Shown: in pieces, positions 11,321 to 22,832 of the stretch
How the letters are laid out: every line of letters begins with the position of its first letter
Numbering within the stretch: the first letter of the stretch is position 1
NCBI GenBank assembly: GCA_014905635.1
Contig: JABVCE010000002.1
Coordinates: forward strand, 2,728,001-2,759,038
DNA from: Scenedesmus sp. PABB004
Taxonomy: Eukaryota
Length of the DNA: 31,038 nucleotides
Direction: 5' to 3'
The notes under the pieces: model-generated
What the model saw: only the letters and a program-made list of their open reading frames with translations
Databases searched by the model: none
What the model was told of the DNA's origin: nothing
Translations under genes and position numbers: made by a program

Positions 11321-13943
11321 ATGTCGCTGCGTGGCAAGCCGCGCGCGGCCGAGCCGCCGGCGGCGCAGGCGCGGGACAAGAAGAGCGGCGTGTTCGGCCG
11401 CCAGAAGAGCAAGCGCAAGATGCACGCCCCGCCCGAGGCCAGCAGCACGGGTGCGCCCGGCGCCGTCGGCGCCGGCGCCACCGCCTGCGCGCCACGCGTG
11501 CGCCAAGTGCGCACCGCGCGCCGCCGCCGCCGCCGCGCGGCGCAGAGCTCGCCAAGCTGCTCGGCAACCGCACGCGCGCGCTGCTGGCGTTTGAGGGCGG
11601 CGGCTTTGACCCGGCCGCGTTCCTCGACGCGTACCTGGGCGCGCTGAGCGAGCAGGCGATCGGCAACGCGGCGCAGGACCTGGGCGCGCTGCTGGCGACG
11701 TGCACGGAGGAGGTCGAGAGCGTCGTCACGGCGCACCACACGCGCTTCCTGGCGGCGTGCGCGGGCGTGGAGGCGCTGGAGGACCAGGTCGCGCTGCTGC
11801 GCAACTACACCAACGGCCTCACCGCGCTCGTGGCGAGCCTCAAGAGCGCGGTCGCCGCGAAGCAGCAGCAGCCGGCGCCACGCGCGGGCGCGGCGGCGTG
11901 GCACCAGCACCAGCAGCTGCCGTTCCAGGCGTCCCCACAGCGGGGCGGGTGCGGCGAGGCGCGGGGCGGCGCGATGGCGTCGATCGAGGAGGACATGGAG
12001 CGCCTGCTGCAGGCGCGGCGCGGCACGCTGCGCGGCGCCGCCCGCGGCGCGCCGCCGCCGCGCGCCCACCCCTGACCTCCGACCTCGGACTTGCGGCGCG
12101 TGGCCCGCGGCGCGCAGGAGCTGGACCTCGCGATCGCGGCGCGCGACCTGCAGGGCGCGGCGGCCTGGCTGCGCGTCGCGCCGGGCGTCGGCGCGCTGCT
12201 GGACCGCGACGCGTCGCTGCTGGGGCTGGAGGTGCCGGACTTCCCGGGCTGGCGGCACTCGTACGACGCGGCCGTCGGGCTGCGCAAGCAGCAGCTGGTG
12301 TGCGCGCCCCGCCCCCTGCCGCGCCTCGGCGCCCCGCCCGCCGCCGACGGCGCCCGCCCCGCGGCGCGCGCCGCGCGCCAGGTGGCGGCGCTGCAGCGGC
12401 AGCTCGCGGACGCCAACGCGGGCGTGCCGGAGATCCGAGCCGCGACGCGCGCGCTCAGCGAGCTGGTCGGCACGGCGCCGGCGCTGACCGCGATGCTGAA
12501 CTGCTACTCCCACAAGATCCAGCTCAGCACGGCGCTGCTGCTCAAGCAGCACACGGCAGGTGCGGGCAGCCGGGCGCGGGGCCGGCGGGCCCCCTCGGGG
12601 CGCGCTTGTCGCGCCGGCCCCTGACCGCCGCCGCGCCGCAGGCTCGGACCCCGACTCCCTGGACTTTGCGGGCGGCCTGGTGCAGCGCGCGCTGCTGGAG
12701 GTGGCGGCGGGCGGCGACGACCTGGTTGCCATCTTTGGCGTGGAGAGCCGCGAGCCCGCCAGCCTCTTCACCGTGTGGGCGCAGCGCGAGGTGCGCGGCG
12801 CGGCCGCCGCCGGGTCGAGCACCGCCCGTCTGCCGCGGGACGGCGGGGCGCAGCACGCCCGCGCACACCCGCCCGCTCGCTCGCGCGCCCGCGCAGGCTC
12901 GCGGCGTCGCGGCTGTCCTGCGCCGGCACGTTCTCGCGCCCGCCGCTGCCGCCAGCACCGGGCTCCACACCACGGTGCAGGTCGTGTCGCTGGCGCTCGT
13001 GCTGGCGGCGATGCTGGAGGCCAGCCACGCCATCAGCCTCTCCGCCACGCTTGCGACGGAGCTGTACCCGCCAGTGGACAGTGAGACGCGCCCCTGCGCG
13101 CCCGCGCCGGCGCTGCCCTGCGTCGGGCGCGATCCGCCCGGACGCACGGCGGCGCCCGCGTACCGCGCGTGCGCAGGCGCGCTGCGGCGGCACCTCAAGC
13201 GCTTCACGGACGAGCTGCGCATGGCCGCGACGGAGGAGGTCAACAGCCTCGTGCTGGGCGCACGCGGCGCGGGCGGCGGCGCAGTGCGCGTGCGTGCGGC
13301 GCGGGCGCCGCGGCCGGGCCGGGCCGCGCACGGCGGCCAGGGCCGGCGGCGGAGACGGCTGCGGCAGCGGGTCGGGGCTGCCTGCGGCGAGCCCGCCCGC
13401 CCTCGCGAGTGAGCCGCGCACGGCCGCGCCGCGCCAGGTGCCCCCACTCGTGAGCGGCGCGAGCCTGGCCAAGGAGGTGGGCATGCTGGCAGAGCTGCTC
13501 GCGCCCATCGCCACGCCCCAGCTCGCGGCGACGCTGCGGAAGGCGCTCACCGACGTCTTTGCCGCGGCGACCCAGGCGCGGCGCGCGGGGTCCGCGCGCG
13601 CGACTGCAGCGGGGCGCCCGCACGGCGCGCCGGCGCGGCTCAGCGCGCCGCGCCTCCTCGGCTCAGCGCGCGCGAGCCGGCTCAGCGCCGCTGCGCCTCC
13701 GGCCGCGCGCAGACGATCAGCCTCACGCTGCGCAGCCACCTGGAGGGCGACGGCGCCGGCGCGCTGGCAGGGCTGCTGCCGGGCGTGATGGAGCGCCTGT
13801 CGGCGCTGATCGAGGAGGGCCTCGTGTCATCGGTCGCGCCCTTTGCCGCGCGCGGAGGGCCCGTGCTGGACGCCAAGGCCATGGACGCCGCGCTGGGCGC
13901 GCTGTACAGCGACTGCACCGCCGGCGCGGCCGGCCGCGGCTGA
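11321..13943 (+). CDS. EXO84: Exocyst complex component EXO84. Exons approx 11321-11450, 11546-12012, 12118-12297, 12382-12559, 12642-12790, 12897-13080, 13177-~13289, 13438-13575, 13713-13943
   Basis: Vps51/Exo84 N-terminal motif FEGGGFDPAAFLDAYL...EEVESVVTAHHTRFL, then ELDLAIAAR, EIRAATRALSEL, DLVAIFG..SLFTVWAQRE, VLRRHVLAPAAAASTGL. These recall plant EXO84 blocks in the same order. The donor near 13260-13290 is uncertain. Confidence 0.82.
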
Positions 13944-15074
13944 CCATTACCCTGTGCACGGGTCATTGGGGGGCCCACCGCCACCGCCACCAGGCGCTGT
14001 TTCGCGGGCGCTGCCGGCAGCGGGGGGAGGTGATCCCAGAGAATGCTGGGTCGCGGCGTGCCAGGCACACCTTCGCCTACCCCCAAGCCAGGCAGCCAGC
14101 CGCGCGAGCGCCGCGTTTCCGCTCCCGCAGCCGCAGCAACAGTGCGCGAACACGCGGGCCGGCCGCCGGCGGCGAGGCCGGCGGCCGTGCACTGCCGGGG
14201 GCTGCTCATCATCTGAGCACGGGCCTTGGCGAGGCCCCCCGAGTCAGCGCAGCGGTCCTGCACGTACTGGCTCCCCACGACGACAGCAGCAGCGCTCGTC
14301 GGGGCCTGCGTGGCGGCGCGGGGGCGCGGGGCAGGGCGGTGGGGATGGCGCCGCGCGGCGTCGTCGCGGCGCGGGCGCTTGGCGGGCTGCGCGCTCCCGC
14401 TCCCCGTGCCGCACCCAGCCTCGACCACGCCCCGGGCACGGCTGCGGCGCGGCGCGTTGCCGGCCGCCCCCGCGCGGCCGTGGCGCCAAGTCCTGCAGTC
14501 AACCCTGCGGCCGCCGGCGGGCGCGCGGGCGGGGGCGTCGCTCAGCGGGGGCGAGCCGAAGGCCCGCGACCGCCCACGCGGCGCGCGGGCTCGCTGACAG
14601 CCGCTGCGCGCCAGGGTCGCCGCTGGCGCACCGCGCATGCGCCCCCCCCCCGCGCCCCGGCCGCGCGCGGGCCCGCCCGCATCCGGCGCGCACCTCCAGG
14701 CCTGCCAACATCTCGTCGGTCCCCGGAGGACGATGAGAGCCCCGGCGGGCGGCCATCCAGGGGGAGGCGGGGGCGCGAAGCGTCGCTCTGGCGCGGCCTG
14801 CGGGGCGCGCCGACGGACGTGCGGGATGGCGGGCGTGAGTCCGGCGGGCGGCGCGGTGCGCGGCGGGCGCCCTGGTCGATGATGCTTCGCGAAGGGCGGG
14901 AAAGCGCCGCCCCCACCGCGGCGCGCCGCGCGTGGCGCCGCGCGCGCCGTCCCCACGCCCGCACACACCTGGCGGCCGGCTGGAAGAGCTTGCGGCGCCG
15001 GCGCCGTCCAGGCGCGGGTCTGGGCGCCCGCCGGGAGGCGGGCGCCCTCGCCGCGTCGCCTGGGGGGCGCGTGG

Positions 15075-15193
15075 GGTCAAGGTCAAGGTCAAGGTCATTT
15101 ACGAGCCTTGGGTGTAACTATCTTTATCTTTATCTTTAAGGTCATTTACCCCGTATGCTCGCGCACATCGGGCCCGCGCCCCTTAAGGACGGT
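15075..15193 (-). mobile_element. 3' end of a 5'-truncated non-LTR retrotransposon (copy A) with a (GACCTT)n tail, interrupted by copy B
   Basis: 15146-15193 matches 15646-15693 at 41/48 nt and encodes TVLKGRGPDVREHTG*. It is followed by ATGACCTT-GACCTT-GACCTT. Confidence 0.65.
15103..15137 (+). mobile_element. 35-bp retrotransposon 3'-end insertion (copy B) with an (ATCTTT)3 tail and 12-bp TSD AAGGTCATTTAC (15091-15102 and 15138-15149)
   Basis: GAGCCTTGGGTGTAACTATCTTT matches the end of copy C (GAGCCTGTGGTGTAACTATCTTT) in opposite orientation. The flanking direct repeat is exact. Confidence 0.75.
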
Positions 15194-15620
15194 AGCTGGT
15201 CCTCTTGACCGTGCAGCCACGCCGCGCAGGCCCTACCGGGCCACAGGGGCAGCGGGGGAAAACCAGCGCAAACCCCGCCTCATCTCACGCAAACGACGTG
15301 GGGCAGGCCAGCAGGGGCACCACACACCAACCCCCCAACCCACACACCAACCCCCCCGCTGGGCGGGGGTCGCCCAGCGGGCGGGGAGGCGTGCGGGCCG
15401 GGGAGAGAGAGAGGACCGGAGAACGACGGCGGGATTTATTGGGGGCGAGGGAAGGAAAAATCGGCGAGGTCTGCGCTGAACCCCTGCTGGATATTTTTGC
15501 AGAAGGCTCCGGCTCGGCCCGCCCAGCCACTGCAGAGCCTTCGGTGACCGCTGGCAAGCCGCTGAGGTGCGCCCCGGGCACGGGCGGGCGGCAGGGGGGC
15601 GCTTGGGGGGAGTGCCTGCT

Positions 15621-15803
15621 CAAGACAAAGATAAGACAAAGATAGTTACACCACAGGCTCGCGCCCATTGGTCCCGCGCCCCTTAAGGACGGTGTCCCGC
15701 ATCTTCCAGATGTCCATCACATAATCTGCCACAGAGTGAACAGCAAGCTGATCCTGCAGCAGGTTACCAAGCAGATAACGCCGAGCCTCCTCCAGTGCTG
15801 CAC
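15621..15803 (-). mobile_element. 3' end of a non-LTR retrotransposon (copy C): LINE ORF2-like C-terminus plus (ATCTTTGTCTT)n-like tail
   Basis: Lower-GC block translating CAALEEARRYLLGNLLQDQLAVHSVADYVMDIWKMRDTVLKGRGTNGREPVV*. This resembles the C..L...R and IW..R pattern after the zinc knuckle of LINE ORF2. A tandem-repeat tail follows the TAA directly. Confidence 0.65.
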
Positions 15804-15824
15804 ACCGACCCACCGCGCCGGTAA

Positions 15825-15941
15825 CAGCAGCCCGAGGGGCCGCCGCACCAGCAGCGACGCCGCTGTCGCTGATGCTGACCGCCGCGCCTGCGTCAGCAGC
15901 CCGAGGGGCCGCCGCGCCAGCCACGACGCCGGGGTCGCTGA
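15825..15941. repeat. Imperfect 69-bp tandem duplication
   Basis: CAGCAGCCCGAGGGGCCGCCGC..CCAGC..CGACGCCG..GTCGCTGA starts at both 15825 and 15894. Confidence 0.8.
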
Positions 15942-16605
15942 CCATTATATACGGCGCGGCGGCGCCGGGACTCGCGTGGCTGCAGCGCCCGCGGCACACG
16001 CGCGTGCGCGCACCCTCCTCCCACACAGCGCGCCGCCGCGTGCCGCAGGGAAGCCGGCGCTTGCGACGGAGCATGCAATCTCGCGTGAGCGCGGCAGGCC
16101 GGCTGTGCCGTCGCCACCTGAGCGTGCTGGGGCCATTATATACCCCGCCGCCGCTGCCGGCGCGCGACGCAGCCCCGCTGGCCGGCGCCGGCGTGGCGTG
16201 GGAGGGCCGGGGCGACCGCTGGCGAGCGCGGCGGGCGGCCGGGCGGGGGCGGGCGCGGGCGGGTCGGCCGCCCGAGCGCGCGTGCCGCCGCGCATGTGGC
16301 GACGACGACGACCTGGCCACGCGGTGCCCCAGTGCGAGCGTGACACGTCACGGCGCGTGATGCTGCTCCGAGCCCCGAGGGGTGGGGCTCAAGGCTAGGC
16401 CCGCTGCGCTCTCGCTGTGACGCTCCCCCGCCCGGCGCAGCGGACACATTCGCGAGCGACGCCTTCCCGTGCCCCAGACCACCCTGCAGCCAGCGCGCCC
16501 GCCCTCCTCGCTCGGCCCCATGGCCCGCGTCGCTTGCGCCCCCCGTCCGCCGCCGTAGCGCGGCCACCGTGTTCAACAGCGGGAGCGACGACGGGCGCGG
16601 GCAGG

Positions 16606-18415
16606 ATGGCCGCGCTGGCCGCGAGCGTGCCCCGCTGCGCCGAGCAGGACCCCTGCCTGCCCAACGGGCCCTGCCTGCACGCCCACGAGAGCGCGTGTGC
16701 CCAGGGAGCCCTGGGCGCGGCCGCCACAGCGAGCCAGGTGCGGCACGGGGGCGCGGCGGGCCCGCGGGCGCGGCATACCGCGGGCCGCGCGCCGCAGCGC
16801 CCTCACGCCGCCCCGCCGCGCCGCGCCGCGCCGCAGGTGTATCGCTGGGACTTCAATGTCTTCGAGTTTGCGCGCAGCTGCCGCGGCAAGCCCCTGTACA
16901 GCGTGACAATGGCACTGCTGGAGGACCAGGGCCTGCTGGTGCGCGGCGCGGCCGCGCAGCCCCCCGCCGCGCGCGCCCCGCCCAGTGGCGCGCCGCGCCC
17001 GGGCGTGTGCCGCGCCGCGGCGCCGCAGCGCCGCGGCCGTGGGGCGCGGGCGTGCGCGCGCGCGCGGGGCAGCAGCGCCGCCGCTGCTCGCGGCGCGCGG
17101 CGCGCGCGCCCTTCAGCGCATTGGCGCGCGCGGCGCCGGCGCTCACGCGCGCCGCCGCCCCCGCCGTGCCGCAGGACGGCTGGCTGCTGGAGCGGCGCAA
17201 GGTCGAGGCGTACCTGGCCGAGGTGGAGGCCATGTACAAGCCAAACCCCTACCACAACAACACGCACGCGGCCGACGTCACGCAGACGTCGGGCGTCATC
17301 ATGTGCGCGCTGGACCGCTTCCTGCGCAGCCCGCGCAGCAGCAGCCGGAGCAGCAGCAGCGGCAGCAGCCCCGGCCGCACGAGCAGCCAGCAGAGCAGCG
17401 GCGCGGCGCCGGCCGGGCAGCCGCCCGCGGGCGCGCCAGGCGCCGGCAGCAGCGGCGCCGCCGCCGCCGAGGACGACGGCCCGGGGCTGAGCAAGCTGGA
17501 GCGGTTTGCGATCATCCTCGCGAGCGCGGTGCACGACCTGGGCCACCCGGGCGTGAACAACGCGTTCCTCATCCGCACGCGCAGCCCCGCGGCGATCACC
17601 TACAACGACCGCAGCGTCAACGAGATGATGCACGCCAGCCTCGCGTTCCAGCTCGCGCTGCAGGACGACGACCTCAACATCTTTGCCGCGTTCGACCAGG
17701 AACAGTACGAGCTGGTGCGCGGGCGCGACGCGGCGCGGCGCGGCGCCCCGCGCGGCGCGCCGCGGCCTGCTGCGCAGCGCCGCCGCCGCGCGCGCGCGCC
17801 GCGCGCAGCGCCGCGCTCAGCGCCGCGCCCGCCTGCCCCGTGCCGCCGCAGGTGCGCAAGCTCGTGTGCGAGATGGTCCTGTCGACCGACATGGACGTGC
17901 ACTTTGCGCTGCTCAAGCGCTTTGACGAGGGCGTCGCGGCGACGCCGGACGTGCGGGACTGGCGCAGCGTGGAGGGGCGCAGCCTGCTGTTCCAGATGCT
18001 CGTGCACCTCGCCGACCTCGCAAACCCCAGCCGGCCGTGGCCCCTCGCGCTCACGTGGGCGGAGTGGGTCGTCACCGAGTTCCTCGGCCAGGGCGAGCGC
18101 GAGGCGGGCGCGGGCATCCCCGTGAGCGACCCCTGCAACGCGGCCAAGGTCTGCATGCCCGCGGCGCAGCTCTTCTTCATCGAGCGCTTCATGCAGCCCA
18201 CGCTGGAGACGTTCCGCCCCGCCGCGCCCGCGTTCTACGCGCTCGCCGCGCCCTGGCTCGCCGACACCAAGGCGCGCTGGGGCAGCTTCAAGGACGCCGG
18301 CGTCAAGCTCCCGCGCAGCGCCTACCCCACCCTGCCCGCCGGCGAGCCGCGCCTGTGCGCCGTGCTGGAGGGCTGCCAGGCGCCCGGGGGCGCCTGCTGC
18401 TGCATGCGCCAGTAG
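16606..18415 (+). CDS. Class I 3',5'-cyclic nucleotide phosphodiesterase (~445 aa). Exons 16606-16737, 16837-16938, 17175-17714, 17852-18415; start codon uncertain
   Basis: WDFNVF, NPYHNNTHAADV, HDLGHPGVNNAFL, YNDRSVNE, LSTDM, HLADLAN, EFLGQGERE and the invariant Gln in QLFFIE. All introns are GT-AG. Confidence 0.95.
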
Positions 18416-19390
18416 TCGCGCGCTGCGCGCCCGGCGGCCGCGGCGCGCGCGCCGGCCGCGCGCCGGCCGCGGCTGCGGCGGCACTGCTCAGCAGCAGGGC
18501 TGAGGGCTAAGGCCGGCCTGCAGCCACGGGCGGGTGCACGAGCCCAGCCCGTGCGCGCTGCGCGCAGCGCGTGCGCGCCGCGTGTGGGCGCCGCGTGTGG
18601 GCGAGCGCCCGCCCGTCTTTGTGCTTTATAGGGTGTGCCTGCATGCGCGCGCGCTGTGCTGCCTGCGGCACGGCGCCGGCTGCAACGCCCGCCGACGGGG
18701 CTGCAGGCGCGGCGCCTGCAGCTGCTGTGTGCGCCGTCGGCCAAGCACGCACCACAGGGGATCACGGCCCCACCTAGAACGACTCGTGGCGGTGGTGCTG
18801 CGCGGCGGGGCCTGGCGCGCTGGCGTTGCTTTCTGAACACGGCCTTGACCACGGTGGCAGCACTGGCTGTGGGCGCATCGCGGCAGCGGCGGCCTCGCCC
18901 CGCTTTGCCCCGCCCGGGCCGGGCGCTCGCGCGCGGCTGGCCGCCTGTATTTGTCCCGTGCCAGGGAGCGCTCGCTGGTGCACTTGGCGACGCCGCACAC
19001 CGTCCCCCAACCCTATTGCACAGCAGCGCGCCAGCCGGCGGCGCGGCGCTGTGCCACGCCCCCCGGCATTCTTTGGACTGCTGCCAGCAGCCGCGGCGCG
19101 CCCGCGATGAGCGCCGCAGCGGCTGCGCCCGCGCGCCGCGCGCGCGCGGGCGCAGCGCTGCGGCTTGTATATATTGCGGGGCGTGGGCTGACGTGGGTGT
19201 ATTGCCCGGCGCGCAACCGCCGAGGCCGATCCTGAGGCCTGTGCGGCGGCATGGTGCTTTCTGCTGCGAATCGGGGGTCGGCGGCGGCCCGGCGCGCTGC
19301 CGGTCAACTACCCTTTCCTTTACTCCCCCCAAGGCTCGCTCGGCCTTTTCCGGCCTCCCGCGCGAGCAGCAGGACGCCACAGCGAGCAGG

Positions 19391-19516
19391 CCGGCAGCCG
19401 CCGCTGCGCCGCTGCGCCGCTGCCGCACCCTCGCCTCAGCCGCGCGGGGCAGCCCGGCAGCCGCCGCTGCGCCGCTGCGCCGCTGCCGCACCCTCGCCTC
19501 AGCCGCGCGGGGCAGC
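19391..19516. repeat. Perfect 2 x 63-bp tandem repeat, intergenic
   Basis: The unit CCGGCAGCCGCCGCTGCG...CGCGCGGGGCAGC occurs at 19391 and 19454. Confidence 0.9.
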
Positions 19517-19774
19517 TCTCCACCAGTCTGTGCGAGCTCCTCCCCTAGACGCCGAGCGCGCGCCGGACCGCGGGAGTTGAGGCGGAGTTTTCACGCCCGC
19601 CACCTGCCCTCAGACCTGCGCATCGCGCGCTCAGCTGCCTAATCACCCCACCAGCACCGTACGCGCGTCTCCCGGCATGCTCGCCGTGACGCCGCAGCGC
19701 TCGGGCAGCGCGCGGTAGCGCATCCCCGAGCGCCAGCGCAGGGAGCGCAGGGAGCGCAGCCCAGGGCGCGTGGG

Positions 19775-22700
19775 ATGCGGGGAGGCGATGGACGAACCAG
19801 CGGCAGGAGGTGCCAGCGGCCCAGGACGCTGCAGGCGCTGCTGGCGGTGCTGCTGCTGTGCGCAGGTGCGGCGGTGGCCGCGGGCGGCGGTGCGCCTGCA
19901 GCTGCGGGGAGCCATGATTGGCAGCTTGACGCGACCCTCTAGGAGCTCTGGCGGCTGCAGCGGCGCCAGCGCCAGCACGCGAGCGGCGCCAGCGCGAGCG
20001 GCGCCAGCGCGAGCAGCAGCGCGAGCGGTGCCAGCGCAAGCAGCGCCTGCGCCAGGGCCAGCGCCAGCCGCGGAGGCCGCAGCGGCAGCGACAGCAGCAG
20101 CCGTGGCAGCGGCAAGACTCGCAGCGGCAGCCGTGGCAGCGGCAGGGCTGGCAGCGGCAGGTCTGGCAGCGGCACCGGCAGTGGCGCCGGCAGCAGCCAG
20201 CGCCGCCGCTGCCGTCGGCGGCCGCGGCAGCCTGCAGGCCGCCGCCCTGCTGACCCGCCTGCGCTCGGCCGCCCACCGCGCGCGCGCAGGGCTGCGCCGC
20301 GGCGCGTGCCGCGCGCTGGCGCAGGCGTCGTGGGAGGTTGACCCGGGCGTGATCGAGGTGGACAAGTCCAACAAGACCATCTACGTAAACAGCACCATCG
20401 ACGCGCCGATCACCAACTCGGCCGTCTTTGTGACCAGCAGCGCGATCGCCAACTACCCAAACCCCGAGGTCGAAAACCCCGAGGGCTGGCACTTCAAGAC
20501 CATCTCCAACTCCTCCGTCGTCGTGGGCAGCTCCACGCCCGCGCTGCTCACGCGCGTGCAGTCGATCGCCAACAGCAAGCTCGCGCCCGCGATCGCGCTC
20601 TCGTCGACAAACCTCGAGGCGCCCGGCGCGGTGGGGGTGCTCGCGCGCACCAACGCGCGCTCGTGGCCGGGCAGCCAGTACGGCGTGACCATGGCCAAGG
20701 CCGACTTCAACGCCGTGTCCACGGCGCCCTTTGCGCCGCTGAAGAAGCTGCGCGCGCCTGTGGTGGTGTTTATGAACCAGGACGTCGAGGCGGGGCAGGG
20801 CAACACGGTCAACCTGGTCAACGTCGACGCGGAGGGCAAGAACCTGGTCATCGGCGACAGCCGCTCCTCCTCCAACGCGGGCCGCTGGTACATGGCGCCC
20901 GGCAACGCGATCATGGGCCAGCGCTTCACGCTGCGCGGCGGGCAGACTGCGGTGTTCTCGCGCAACCGCGTGCGCGCCGACCTCGGCAGCGCGACGTCGG
21001 GCGTGCTGCACATGCTCACCAGCGACGGCATGATCCCGCGGCGCCACATCCGCGGCAACCTCGTGCGCGACGCGTTCTTCCTGGTCGACCACGGCGGCAT
21101 CGCGCGCGTGGACAACCGCGCGAGCGCCGACGCGGGCGCGGCGCAGACGGGCAACATCCAGCTCGTGCGCAGCTCGCACGGCGACTCGACCATGGTCGGC
21201 ATCGCGCAGGCGCGCACGGCCGAGGGCAACGCGATCGCGGGCGGGCTGAACGTCGCGTACGCGGAGGACGGCGACATCTACGAGGGCGACTACTGGGACG
21301 AGCTGAGCAACCCGGGCAACGCGGTCGTGGCGACCAACTACGGCCGCGGGCCCGCGCAGGCGGGGCAGATGAACATCGCCATCTCGCCCAACGGCGACAT
21401 CCGCATCGGCGGCACGACCGCCGCGACCGCGGTGCAGGGCTCCGCCACGGCGGGCGCGTTTGAGCTGGGCAACGCCGCGGGCGAGGTGGAGATTGACCAG
21501 GACGTCACCGCGGTCACGAGCGAGTACTCGGCCACCGCGGGCAACGTGGGCGTCGCGGTCACGCAGGAGCGCGGCGCGGTCATCACTAACTCCATCTCCA
21601 AGTCCGACGCCGGCCCCGCGCTCGGCTACGCCGTGTCTGCGGGCGTCGTGGGCGAGCAGAACAGCGCGATCAGCTCCGCGACAGCGACCACCGCCAACGG
21701 CCCCTCCACGGGCCTGGGCACCAGCGTGTCGGTCAGCGGCGTGCAGTCGGACGCGCAGGGCGCGTCGCTCGCCAAGACCACCATCGGCAACGCGCTCTCC
21801 ACGGGCAGCGCGTTCGCCGGCGCGGCGCTGCAGAGCCGCGCGGTCAGCACCTCCACGGCGGCCACGAGCGACGGCGCCGCGGTGTCCAGCGGCTGGAGCG
21901 GCACCGCGTCGGCCGACTCGGACGCCTCGTCCGCGTCGTCGGGCGTGACCAGCACCGGCAACGCCGCCAGCGTGGCGCAGAGCTACGGCCTGGGCGTGCT
22001 GGAGGGCAAGGCCACCACCGCGTCCACCGCGGGCGCCAAGGAGGGCAGCGCGGGCTCGCTGTCGCTCGGCGTGTCGACCGGCCTGATCCAGGCGCAGTCG
22101 ACTGCCGCGTCCAGCGCGCAGTCGGGGAACGGCAACGCGCAGAGCGTGGCTGGCTCGCTCGCGGCGGGCGCCATCAACGCGGTGTCGCGCGCCATCTCGT
22201 CGGCCGCCTCGGCCACGGGGAACGTCGGCGCGGTGGCCGGCTCGGTGGCGCTGGGCACGCTGCACAGCGAGGCCGTGGCGCAGGCCAGCTCCGCCACGGG
22301 GTGCCCGGACTGCGCGTCCGACGCGGTGGCCAACGCCGTCTCGCTGGGCCTGGTCGCCGACTCGAGCGCGGCGGCCAAGGCCGACACGCCGATCAACCCG
22401 GGCAACGCGCTCGCCAACGCCATGGCCTTTGGCCTCATCTCGCGCACCAGCAACGGCGGCAGCTCGCGCGTCGCGGTGGGGCCGGGCCAGGCCCTCGCGG
22501 GCGGCTTTGCCGTGTCGGTGCCGCGCAGGGCCGCGGGAGCAGCCGCCGCGGCAGCAGGCGCTGCAGGGGCGGCCAGTGCAGCCGGCCTACCGGGCAGGAG
22601 CGGGCTGGCGCTCGCTGGGCGGCCCGGCCTGGGCCCACAGGCGGCGATGCCAGCGGCCCAGCCCGCGGCCGGCGCGCCGCAGCCGCGGCCGGCGGCCGGT

Positions 22701-22832
22701 GCGGCGCCAGCGCAGCCAGCGGCTGGCGCAGCGCTGCTGCAGCCGGCGGCTGGCGCGGCGCTGCCGGCGGGGGCGCAGCAGGCGGGGGCGCAGCAGGCGC
22801 AGCAGGCGCAGCAGGCGGCGCAGCCAGCGTAA
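19775..22832 (+). CDS. Large secreted protein of unknown function with Ser/Ala/Gly/Thr-rich ~29-aa repeats. Exon 1 19775-19865, main exon ~20290-22832; the structure between them is uncertain
   Basis: Exon 1 gives MRGG...RTLQALLAVLLLCA (signal peptide) then G|GTGCGG. A CTGAC branch point at 20250 and a CAG acceptor at 20289 give a phase-compatible join. About 2.5 kb is open with strong coding codon bias. Confidence 0.8.

Noticed and set aside
14896..14903. E2F-like site GCGGGAAA
   Set aside because: Not near any supported gene start and expected by chance.
13682..15070. ORFs 13682-14968 (-) and 13559-15139 (+) in the EXO84-PDE intergenic region
   Set aside because: Low complexity, no recognisable domain and no consistent splice pattern. 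Left unannotated.
15075..15150. Short repeats resembling a CRISPR array or an interstitial telomere
   Set aside because: Eukaryotic context with no repeat-spacer periodicity. Better explained as retroelement tails plus a TSD.
15102..15661. Inverted repeat (15102-15125 vs 15638-15661) as TIRs of a DNA transposon
   Set aside because: The left arm has its own 12-bp TSD and the right arm continues into an ORF end. They are two opposite-orientation 3' ends, not TIRs.
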